From a virus (taxonomy: Duplodnaviria > Caudoviricetes), in the IMG/VR virus record IMGVR_UViG_3300020045_004483, positions 1-28,771 of that record: DNA of 28,771 nt; one strand, given 5' to 3'. Shown in pieces: positions 1 through 6,825 of this stretch (the stretch's first letter is position 1; the number at the start of each line of letters is the position of its first letter). Below the pieces are notes generated by a model. The model was given only the letters and a program-made list of their open reading frames with translations. It did not search any database and had not been told where the DNA came from. The translations under genes were made by a program, and so were the position numbers.

Positions 1-2
1 AA

Positions 3-176
3 GACCTGATTAAACAGTCGGGTCTTTCTCAAAAAAAGTATGCAGAAAAACACGAAATCGAGTACACGAAACTAAATCACTGGGTAACCGGTTATAGAGG
101 CATACAATTCTGTACATTGGAACTTTTAGCCTTCGAGGATGGCAAAAAATTAACTATTAAAATTGAGGAGTTATGA
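3..176 (+). CDS. XRE/Cro-like HTH regulator, 5'-truncated by window edge (not in ORF track)
   Basis: Frame 3 reads DLIKQSGLSQKKYAEKHEIEYTKLNHWVTGYRGIQFCTLELLAFEDGKKLTIKIEEL*; XRE pattern; aligns with 5576..5782. Confidence 0.8.
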   Translation, partial: DLIKQSGLSQKKYAEKHEIEYTKLNHWVTGYRGIQFCTLELLAFEDGKKLTIKIEEL

Positions 177-240
177 AAGAACACTATGCAATTTTCGTGA
201 TATGCGGAAAAGAAATTTGGATACATAAAATATAGAAATT

Positions 241-441
241 ATGAAATTAAGAGAAAAATTTAACACGGTAGAATATTCTGAATATGGAATTGATACCGAT
301 AAATGCGAAGAAATAGCCGATGATTTTGCTATAAATTTTGCAAATTGGTATGAATTTATGTTAAGACAATCTGATAATTTAAACCAAAGATTTACACCAA
401 AAGAATTAATTGAAATGTTTAAAAAAGAAAAAGGCTTATGA
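241..441 (+). CDS. hypothetical phage protein
   Basis: 66-aa ORF, A-rich leader, ATGA overlap with next gene. Confidence 0.7.
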   Translation: MKLREKFNTVEYSEYGIDTDKCEEIADDFAINFANWYEFMLRQSDNLNQRFTPKELIEMFKKEKGL

Positions 442-641
442 AAATCTTCATTACCAACAAAGACAGGTTCGATGAACATTTCGAGAACTCAAAACAGATA
501 CACCAGGTGTTATTCAACAAAATAACAACGGATATTTTAAACAATAAAATTGAAATAATTGTGCATCTTCCAAGTTACGGATGTGTATTTGAGTTTATCG
601 GAAAAAACAAGGATGTTTATTTTTATACTTTTGTAGAATGA
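438..641 (+). CDS. hypothetical phage protein
   Basis: 67-aa ORF coupled by ATGA overlap. Confidence 0.65.
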   Translation: MKIFITNKDRFDEHFENSKQIHQVLFNKITTDILNNKIEIIVHLPSYGCVFEFIGKNKDVYFYTFVE

Positions 642-653
642 AAAACTAAAACT

Positions 654-815
654 ATGGACAAAACTCAAATATTAGCCAACAAGATTATAAAGTTGTTTAT
701 CGATGAAAATATACCTTTATCAATTCAGCTTGACGCCCTTAAATTAGCAAAGCAAAAGATTGACTTTTGTAAAAATACTGCTAAAGAAATGAAACAAAAA
801 AAATTAGAGTTATGA
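654..815 (+). CDS. hypothetical protein, 53 aa (not in ORF track)
   Basis: MDKTQILANKIIKLFIDENIPLSIQLDALKLAKQKIDFCKNTAKEMKQKKLEL*; fills the gap, ATGA overlap with 812. Confidence 0.7.
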   Translation: MDKTQILANKIIKLFIDENIPLSIQLDALKLAKQKIDFCKNTAKEMKQKKLEL

Positions 816-1063
816 CACCAAAACAAAAATCAATCAAGATGCATTTGTTCTACTGTTTGATGCAGTTATTACTGGAATGCCTTGACGAATTAAAAGTGAC
901 CAATCCAAGGATGATTGAGCTTAAAAACAATATGACTGAAATGTGCGAACTACTCAACAACGATTGCAAAGATACGTATACCGTTCAGAAAACACTTTAC
1001 TTTCAGACTTTGACAAATCAAATTAATACAATGATGCGTAAATGTTTTAATTCTGAAATGTAA
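812..1063 (+). CDS. hypothetical phage protein
   Basis: 83-aa ORF within a translationally coupled series. Confidence 0.7.
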   Translation: MTPKQKSIKMHLFYCLMQLLLECLDELKVTNPRMIELKNNMTEMCELLNNDCKDTYTVQKTLYFQTLTNQINTMMRKCFNSEM

Positions 1064-1188
1064 TGAAACACCCAACCCCCAACATCGCACTACTCGAAAA
1101 AGAGTATCGAAACCTGATGCAAACAGACAAAGTAAAAGCACAAGAAATAAAGAAAAAACTCGATTATTTTTATTGGGGAATTGAATAA
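1063..1188 (+). CDS. hypothetical protein, 41 aa (not in ORF track)
   Basis: TAATG overlap; MKHPTPNIALLEKEYRNLMQTDKVKAQEIKKKLDYFYWGIE*. Confidence 0.6.
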   Translation: MKHPTPNIALLEKEYRNLMQTDKVKAQEIKKKLDYFYWGIE

Positions 1189-1201
1189 AATTGTATATTT
1201 G
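1173..1201 (+). promoter_or_regulatory. Bacteroidota sigma-70 promoter for the replication operon
   Basis: TATATTTG at 1194-1201 matches the TAnnTTTG -7 element; TTG at 1173-1175. Confidence 0.7.
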
Positions 1202-1208
1202 TTGAATA

Positions 1209-1304
1209 GTTGGCTTCTCACAATTACCCAACGCTAATATTACACATTGTCCTACAATGAAACTGACGTGAGAAGCAGTGGATTTGTGGGACTTTTGCAT
1301 TTTT
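1209..1304 (+). ncRNA. structured 5' leader (kissing-loop/pseudoknot attenuator candidate)
   Basis: GTTGG/CCAAC hairpin; GTCCTACAA/TTGTGGGAC hairpin followed by T-rich run; GCTTCTCAC (1213-1221) complementary to GTGAGAAGC (1268-1276). Confidence 0.6.
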
Positions 1305-1326
1305 AACAATTAAATAAAAAATTATT

Positions 1327-1605
1327 ATGAAAGAATTACAAGAGAATTTTATCGGAAGAGGAGAAGTTAAAGGGTTTATCTTTACCCAAATTAAAAAAAG
1401 TGACAAAGCGTACATTTACAAAGTAGATTGTGATGGATGCGAACATTACGAGGTTTTTAAACACAAAATAAACAAACAATTCGAATGTGTCAGTTATCCT
1501 AAAACAGCTTCGTTTGGACTTTGGGCGTGGACATATAAGGAATTAGATTTAGCTATCGAAAAATACGGCTTATTGCACCTAAAAGAGGAGGTTTACAATG
1601 GCTAA
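1327..1605 (+). CDS. hypothetical phage protein
   Basis: 92-aa ORF, first gene after the leader. Confidence 0.75.
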   Translation: MKELQENFIGRGEVKGFIFTQIKKSDKAYIYKVDCDGCEHYEVFKHKINKQFECVSYPKTASFGLWAWTYKELDLAIEKYGLLHLKEEVYNG

Positions 1606-2272
1606 AAACTTCCCTTACTTTAAGTTTATGGCAGCCGAATGGATGACCGGAGACATAGTTTTTGAATCTCTTTCGGTTCAAGGTTTGTTTATAAATATTT
1701 GCGCTTTGTACTGGCAAAGAAACGGATCATTAACAATAGATGACATAAACAAACGTTTCAAAAATCCAGAAGAATTAACCCAATTAACCGACCGCTTTTT
1801 TTCGCTTAACAATGGTTTCATTTCGGTTAAATTTCTTGATGAACAATTAATTGAAGCTAACCATATTTCAAAGATAAATTCTGAAAATGGCGCAAAAGGA
1901 GGTCGTCCTAAAGCCTTGAAAACATTGGATAAAAAACCGACCGCTAACCGACCGCTAACCGACCGTAAAGCGAATGAAAGCAAAGAAGAAAAAGAAGAAG
2001 AAGAAAATAATAATAAAAATAAAGAAAACAAGAATGATAATTTTTTAGCCGAATTGTTAATTTCTGAAAGTTGGTTAGAATCAACTGCAATGAATTCTAA
2101 ATTAAAATTCACTTCTGAAAAAGTAAAAGAGTATTTAAAAAAATATAATATTACAATTAATAATCGGTTTGATTTTAAAAATAACAAAAACGAATACGCT
2201 TCACATTTTGTAAGTTGGTTGGACAAACAAGTCGAAGTTGGCACAACGGTTAAAAAAAGAGTTATATCATGA
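1598..2272 (+). CDS. phage replication initiator (YdaU/DUF1376-like N-terminus, lambda O-like role)
   Basis: N-terminal PYFKF..EWMTGDI...QGLFINICALYW; NGAKGGRP linker; internal iterons; lies directly before the primase-helicase. Confidence 0.75.
   Translation: MAKNFPYFKFMAAEWMTGDIVFESLSVQGLFINICALYWQRNGSLTIDDINKRFKNPEELTQLTDRFFSLNNGFISVKFLDEQLIEANHISKINSENGAKGGRPKALKTLDKKPTANRPLTDRKANESKEEKEEEENNNKNKENKNDNFLAELLISESWLESTAMNSKLKFTSEKVKEYLKKYNITINNRFDFKNNKNEYASHFVSWLDKQVEVGTTVKKRVIS
1935..1966 (+). repeat. tandem 11-bp iterons AACCGACCGCT x3 (probable replication origin)
   Basis: Copies at 1935-1945, 1946-1956 and 1957-1966 (last imperfect); a fourth copy at 1786-1796; A-rich tract downstream. 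Confidence 0.75.
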
Positions 2273-4113
2273 GCAACATACATAACTGGAATCTTATTGA
2301 TACAAACAAGACCACAGGAACGGCTAAATTAAAATGCCCTGTTTGCAGTCCAGAAAGAAGAAATAAAGCCGACAGAAGCCTTTATGTTAATTTTAATTCA
2401 GGAGTTGGTAAGTGTTTTCATTGCGAAGGATTATTTTTTAAAGAAAGCATAGAAAAAAGTGTAGAAAAAGAAAAATTTACACTTCCGGTGCAAACTTGGA
2501 AAAATTATACTAAACTTTCGGATCAAGTTGTTAAATATTTTGAGGAAAGAAAAATACAACAATACACCCTTGAACACTTTGAAGTAAGCGAGGAAAAATA
2601 TTATCAACCTCAACTTCAAAAAGAAGTAAACAATATTGTTTTTAATTATTTCGAGGGCGATGTTTTGGTAAATAAAAAATACAGGTCTGGAGGCAAAAAA
2701 TTCACTCAATCAAAAAACGCTAAATCAATTTTTTACAACATTAATTCAGTTATTGGAAAAGATGAAGCTTATATTGTTGAAGGAGAAATAGACGTGCTTT
2801 CACTTTATGAAATTGGAATCAAAAATGTTATTTCAGTTCCAAATGGAGCAAACGACAATGATAACTATTGGATTAATTCAGAAAAGTATATCAAGGATAT
2901 TAAAAAATTCTACATAGCAACCGACAATGACGAAAAAGGAAATGAAGTAGCTGAAAAGATAGCGCAAAGGCTTGGACGCTTTAGATGCGAAAGGGTTTTA
3001 TTGGAAGGTAAAGATGCAAACGAGGATTTAAACAGTGGAGTTTTAGAAAAGTCAATTTATAAAACTGCAAAATATCCAGTTTCAGGGACTTTTAAAGTTT
3101 CGGATTGTTACGATGATATTGTGGCTTTATACGATAACGGATTGCCTGAAACCATATCGCCTAAACATAGATGTTTTGGAAATATTAAAAACGTTTTTTC
3201 AGTAATGAGAGGGCATTTAATTACCGGTACCGGAATACCTTCACACGGTAAATCTAATTTTACAGAGTGGTACGTATTGAATTTAGTTCGTGATTACAAT
3301 ATGAAGGCATCTTTTTTTAGTCCAGAGCATCATCCGTTTTCATTACATCATACTACATTTATCGAAAAGGCAACAGGCCGTAATTTTTGGAAAGATAATG
3401 AAGATTGTAAAAGAGTAAACAAATACGAAATTGCGAAGTATCAGGAATGGGCAGAGGAAAAAATTTATTTGACAGGAACAGAAAATGGAGAGTTTCCAAC
3501 TTGGGATTGGTTGTTTGATAAATTCAAGGAACAATTGTTTAATTATGGAATTGATATTTTTATAATAGATGCTTTTAATAAGTTGGCATTTACCGGCAAT
3601 CAAAATAGGTTGCAGCAAATTAATGAGGTACTGACTAAGTTGACAATGTTTGCGCAAATGAATAATGTAATTATATTTTTGGTTGCACATCCAACGAAGA
3701 TGCAAAAGGATGCTTCTGGTCTTTATGGTTCTCCAACTCTTTATGATGTTTCTGGAAGTTCAGATTTTAGAAATCAAACACACGATGGATTTAGTATTTA
3801 CAGATTTTTTGGAGACGAAGAAAACGAGCCTAAAACAGTATTTGAAAATCTAAAAACAAAAATGAAGTTTCAAGGCGAAATTGGAGGACAGGTGGAATAC
3901 GATTATCATTTACCTTCCGGCCGTTATTATGCGACTGGAGAAGAAGTTCCGACATTTGCTATATGGGAAGAGGTGCAAGAATCAATTGAAAATGAAAAAG
4001 AATTATTAGAAGAACAGCCAAAACAAATAACAGCAATGCCAAACGAAGCTTTTGAGGCTGAAAATTTTTATGAAGTTGAAAAAGAAAAAGACGAAGATTA
4101 TTGTCCATTTTAA
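2269..4113 (+). CDS. bifunctional DNA primase-helicase (T7 gp4/Twinkle-like)
   Basis: Zn finger CPVC...CFHC; TOPRIM VEGEIDVLS and DND; Walker A GIPSHGKS; IIDAFN; LVAHP; GS motif of SF4 helicases. Confidence 0.92.
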   Translation: MSNIHNWNLIDTNKTTGTAKLKCPVCSPERRNKADRSLYVNFNSGVGKCFHCEGLFFKESIEKSVEKEKFTLPVQTWKNYTKLSDQVVKYFEERKIQQYTLEHFEVSEEKYYQPQLQKEVNNIVFNYFEGDVLVNKKYRSGGKKFTQSKNAKSIFYNINSVIGKDEAYIVEGEIDVLSLYEIGIKNVISVPNGANDNDNYWINSEKYIKDIKKFYIATDNDEKGNEVAEKIAQRLGRFRCERVLLEGKDANEDLNSGVLEKSIYKTAKYPVSGTFKVSDCYDDIVALYDNGLPETISPKHRCFGNIKNVFSVMRGHLITGTGIPSHGKSNFTEWYVLNLVRDYNMKASFFSPEHHPFSLHHTTFIEKATGRNFWKDNEDCKRVNKYEIAKYQEWAEEKIYLTGTENGEFPTWDWLFDKFKEQLFNYGIDIFIIDAFNKLAFTGNQNRLQQINEVLTKLTMFAQMNNVIIFLVAHPTKMQKDASGLYGSPTLYDVSGSSDFRNQTHDGFSIYRFFGDEENEPKTVFENLKTKMKFQGEIGGQVEYDYHLPSGRYYATGEEVPTFAIWEEVQESIENEKELLEEQPKQITAMPNEAFEAENFYEVEKEKDEDYCPF

Positions 4114-4123
4114 AAACAAAACT

Positions 4124-4273
4124 ATGTATAAAGAAAAAGATGATTTGCAAATTTATTTAGAATCAATACGCCATACACAATTATGGGTAAAGAAACAGAT
4201 TGCTAAAACAAAAAAGAAAGTTGATGTAATAAACACAGAATCAATTTCATCAGTAAAACAGAAATTGAAATGA
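4124..4273 (+). CDS. hypothetical protein, 49 aa
   Basis: Start reassigned to ATG 4124 after the A-rich leader AAAACAAAACT; ATGA overlap with next gene. Confidence 0.55.
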   Translation: MYKEKDDLQIYLESIRHTQLWVKKQIAKTKKKVDVINTESISSVKQKLK

Positions 4274-4596
4274 ATTACACTTTAAAAATTAAGCCACTTT
4301 CTGTTAATCAGGCGTGGCAAGGAAAAAGATTTAAAACTGACTTGTATAATGATTTTATACAAAAGATGCATTTTATACTTCCAAAAACAATTTATATTCC
4401 TGATGAAAAACATATTAAATTGGCCATCGAGTTTGGTTTCAGTTCCAAGGCGAGCGACATAGACAATTGTTGCAAATCTTTTATTGATTGCTTGGTTAAA
4501 AAATATAAAGTTGATGATAGGCACATTTATGAAATGCACGTGTTTAAGGCTATTGTGAAAAAAGGAGAGGAATATATCAAGTTTAAAATATACTAA
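4270..4596 (+). CDS. rusA: RusA-like Holliday junction resolvase
   Basis: KPLSVN N-terminus, SDIDNCCKSFIDCL and DDRHI acidic catalytic motifs. Confidence 0.85.
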   Translation: MNYTLKIKPLSVNQAWQGKRFKTDLYNDFIQKMHFILPKTIYIPDEKHIKLAIEFGFSSKASDIDNCCKSFIDCLVKKYKVDDRHIYEMHVFKAIVKKGEEYIKFKIY

Positions 4597-4640
4597 ACAC
4601 ATTATCCATAACAATTCTAAACAACAAAATACTTTCACAT

Positions 4641-4674
4641 TTTGTTAAACCAAAGCTTTTTTTGTTTATCTTTG
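4641..4674 (+). promoter_or_regulatory. promoter of the accessory gene cluster with overlapping palindromic operator
   Basis: TTTG at 4641-4644, TATCTTTG at 4667-4674; imperfect inverted repeat TAAACCAAA-N5-TTTTGTTTA at 4646-4668. Confidence 0.65.
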
Positions 4675-4704
4675 AATATTGAAAATTAATAAAAAATAGG
4701 AAAA

Positions 4705-4851
4705 ATGAGAACATTAAAAATAAAAGTGTTAGCTGAATTATTAAAAATGGGAAACACACAAAATGAAAGCGAAAATCTAATTACTAAACATTTTGAAAAC
4801 GCTACATATTTAAAAAGCGCAAGACAAATAGCTTTATATATGACAGCATAA
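4705..4851 (+). CDS. hypothetical protein, 48 aa (not in ORF track)
   Basis: MRTLKIKVLAELLKMGNTQNESENLITKHFENATYLKSARQIALYMTA*; TAATG overlap with next gene. Confidence 0.65.
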   Translation: MRTLKIKVLAELLKMGNTQNESENLITKHFENATYLKSARQIALYMTA

Positions 4852-5042
4852 TGGATTTATCAAAATATAAAACTGTAGATGTACATATTTCTACAATTAA
4901 AAGTGGAGATACTATTTTGCATACCGATGATAAAATCACAACTGTATGTAATAATAACATAAAAAGAGGTTTTTGCGAAATAACACTATTCGGAGATTCT
5001 TACAGAAGCGGAAGATTGTTAGTAAAAAAAATAATAATTTAA
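4851..5042 (+). CDS. hypothetical phage protein
   Basis: 63-aa ORF, VHISTIKSGDTILH...TLFGDSY. Confidence 0.7.
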   Translation: MDLSKYKTVDVHISTIKSGDTILHTDDKITTVCNNNIKRGFCEITLFGDSYRSGRLLVKKIII

Positions 5043-5053
5043 ATTAAATAATT

Positions 5054-5278
5054 ATGTCATTTATTAAAGAAGAGTTTACAGCAATTCAATGTGATAATTG
5101 CAAAGAATTTTATGAGAATACCGATGGAACAATTTTTTTTGTTGATGAAAATTCAGCGAAAGAAGAAGCTACAAATTGGGACAATTTTATAGAACACGAA
5201 GGAAAACATTATTGCAGCGAGTGCGCAACAATGAACGACGAAGACAAAGTAATAATTATTATAGAAAGAACTAAATGA
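5054..5278 (+). CDS. small zinc-finger protein
   Basis: CDNC...HYCSEC four-Cys motif. Confidence 0.7.
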   Translation: MSFIKEEFTAIQCDNCKEFYENTDGTIFFVDENSAKEEATNWDNFIEHEGKHYCSECATMNDEDKVIIIIERTK

Positions 5279-5565
5279 AAACGATTAAAAAAGTAACCAT
5301 TGAACCTATTTTTCTTGATGGATTTATGCCTGATTTTGAAACAATGGAAGAGGGTAAAATTTATATTTCAGAAGAATATAAATGCGCTATTCATAATTGT
5401 TTGTGCGGCTGTGGTGAAAAAACAGTTATGCCTTTATATGGTGATGAATGGAATTTGATTAAAGAGGATAACGGTAAAATTTCATTTACTCCAAGCGTAG
5501 GAAATTATAATTTTGATTGTAAATCGCATTACATAATTACTAACAATGTGGCAAATTTTATTTAA
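5275..5565 (+). CDS. DUF6527-like protein (putative Zn-binding Ser-His peptidase)
   Basis: YISEEY..AIHNCLCGCGEK..MPL...W......ISFTPSVGNY...CKSHYII matches the DUF6527 pattern as I recall it. Confidence 0.8.
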   Translation: MKTIKKVTIEPIFLDGFMPDFETMEEGKIYISEEYKCAIHNCLCGCGEKTVMPLYGDEWNLIKEDNGKISFTPSVGNYNFDCKSHYIITNNVANFI

Positions 5566-5575
5566 TAATTAACCT

Positions 5576-5782
5576 ATGACCAACCGCCAAAAAATACTAC
5601 ACGAACTTTTGCAGTGTTCTGGATTATCAAAGACAAACTATTGCAAGAAACACTCGATACAACCTCACAGACTATCACAGTGGCTTTCTGGCAATAGAAA
5701 TATAAAGATTGGTACTTTGCAACAGTTTGCGCAAAATGATGGCTTAGAAATTGAATTAACGTATAAAATTAAAGATAAATGA
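5576..5782 (+). CDS. XRE/Cro-like HTH transcriptional regulator
   Basis: SGLSKTNYCKKHSIQPHRLSQWLSGNRNIKIGTL HTH pattern. Confidence 0.8.
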   Translation: MTNRQKILHELLQCSGLSKTNYCKKHSIQPHRLSQWLSGNRNIKIGTLQQFAQNDGLEIELTYKIKDK

Positions 5783-6192
5783 AATTAGAATTAAAACATT
5801 TATCAGGGTATTTGCCTTATGGGTTAGAAATGTATGTTTACGGACAGACAAGATTTGAGGATAGTGTTTGTAAACTAAAATGGTTAGACGCATCAAATCA
5901 GGCTTTTTTTAATGGAGATTGGAATAATATAAGTGATAATTCAGAGTATTTTAAACCAATCCTACGCCCACTTTCAGACCTTACAAATGAAGATACAATT
6001 GTAATTCACGGATTAGGCAGTATTGAATTAGAATTAATCGACATTGAAGAATGGACTGAGGAATTAATTCACGAAATAAAAATAGGTCAGAAATTCAAAT
6101 TAAGTCAATTCGAATACTTGTTTAGTAAGCACTTCGACATTCACAACTTAATACCAAACAATTTAGCAATAGGTAAAAACACAATAAAATGA
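5779..6192 (+). CDS. conserved Bacteroidota phage protein
   Basis: LELKHL..YLPYGL, KPILRPLSDL and L...HFDI..LI motifs that recur in flavobacterial phages. Confidence 0.75.
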   Translation: MKLELKHLSGYLPYGLEMYVYGQTRFEDSVCKLKWLDASNQAFFNGDWNNISDNSEYFKPILRPLSDLTNEDTIVIHGLGSIELELIDIEEWTEELIHEIKIGQKFKLSQFEYLFSKHFDIHNLIPNNLAIGKNTIK

Positions 6193-6228
6193 CAAAACAA
6201 GAAGCCGAGGAAAAATTTAATATTGATA

Positions 6229-6262
6229 TTGTCGAAGAATTGAAAATAAATTTGTAGATTTG
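6229..6262 (+). promoter_or_regulatory. promoter upstream of terS
   Basis: TAGATTTG at 6255-6262 in the context TTGTAGATTTGT; TTG at 6229-6231. Confidence 0.55.
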
Positions 6263-6309
6263 TTCTACCCAGTGTTTTGTTAAAGGGATGCGGGGTTAAA
6301 TTTGTTTTT

Positions 6310-6747
6310 ATGCATCCAACAAGAATATTTAAATCTGCACACGAACTTGAATTAGCATGGCAAGCCTATAAGGATGATTTAATCATTCAAGGCGAAGAAT
6401 GGCTAAAGGTTCAGTATGTTGGAAAAGATGGTATACGTATGACTGATACCATGAAACTTCCTTACACAATGGATGGATTCGAAGTTTTTTGTTATAATAA
6501 TTACGGATGTGTTGAGCAGTATTTCAAGAATAAAGATGGTTATTATGATGACTTCGTACCTATCTGTTCACATATAAAAAAAGAAATACGTTCAAATCAA
6601 ATCACAGGCGGTCTTTTAGGGGTGTATAATCCATCGATTACCCAAAGACTAAACAATCTTTCAGACAATACAGATATCACGTCTGGTGGGTCTAAAATAC
6701 AATCAAACGACATTAAAATCGAAATCGTAAAACCAACAGATGATTAA
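6310..6747 (+). CDS. terS: terminase small subunit (P22 gp3-like DNA packaging protein)
   Basis: Start reassigned to ATG 6310; RIFKSAHEL..AW..Y, PYTMDGF and GGLLGVYNPSITQRLNNL motifs; position before terL. Confidence 0.8.
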   Translation: MHPTRIFKSAHELELAWQAYKDDLIIQGEEWLKVQYVGKDGIRMTDTMKLPYTMDGFEVFCYNNYGCVEQYFKNKDGYYDDFVPICSHIKKEIRSNQITGGLLGVYNPSITQRLNNLSDNTDITSGGSKIQSNDIKIEIVKPTDD

Positions 6748-6753
6748 ATTTTG

Positions 6754-6821
6754 TATATTTGTGTTTCACCACAATTAACATAATAATCCCTTTCGTTTGT
6801 GGTGAGCGTTTGGGATTTTTT
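6754..6821 (+). promoter_or_regulatory. promoter plus structured leader/attenuator of the endonuclease gene
   Basis: TATATTTG at 6754-6761; TTCACCACAA (6765-6774) complementary to TTGTGGTGAG (6797-6806), which lies in the loop of the AATCCC/GGGATT hairpin followed by Ts. Confidence 0.6.
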
Positions 6822-6825
6822 CATT

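Noticed and set aside
173-235. 20-aa ORF MKEHYAIFVICGKEIWIHKI
   Set aside because: It is ATGA-coupled to the HTH gene but too short to support without conservation data
1935-1966. CRISPR-like mini-array
   Set aside because: 11-bp tandem units without spacers, inside a CDS; better explained as iterons. No CRISPR array or cas gene seen in the window
4602-4624. Degenerate TTATTTAGAAT-like palindromic regulator box (TTATCCATAACAATTCTAAACAA)
   Set aside because: Left arm is too degenerate and there is a single copy; cannot be told from chance in AT-rich DNA
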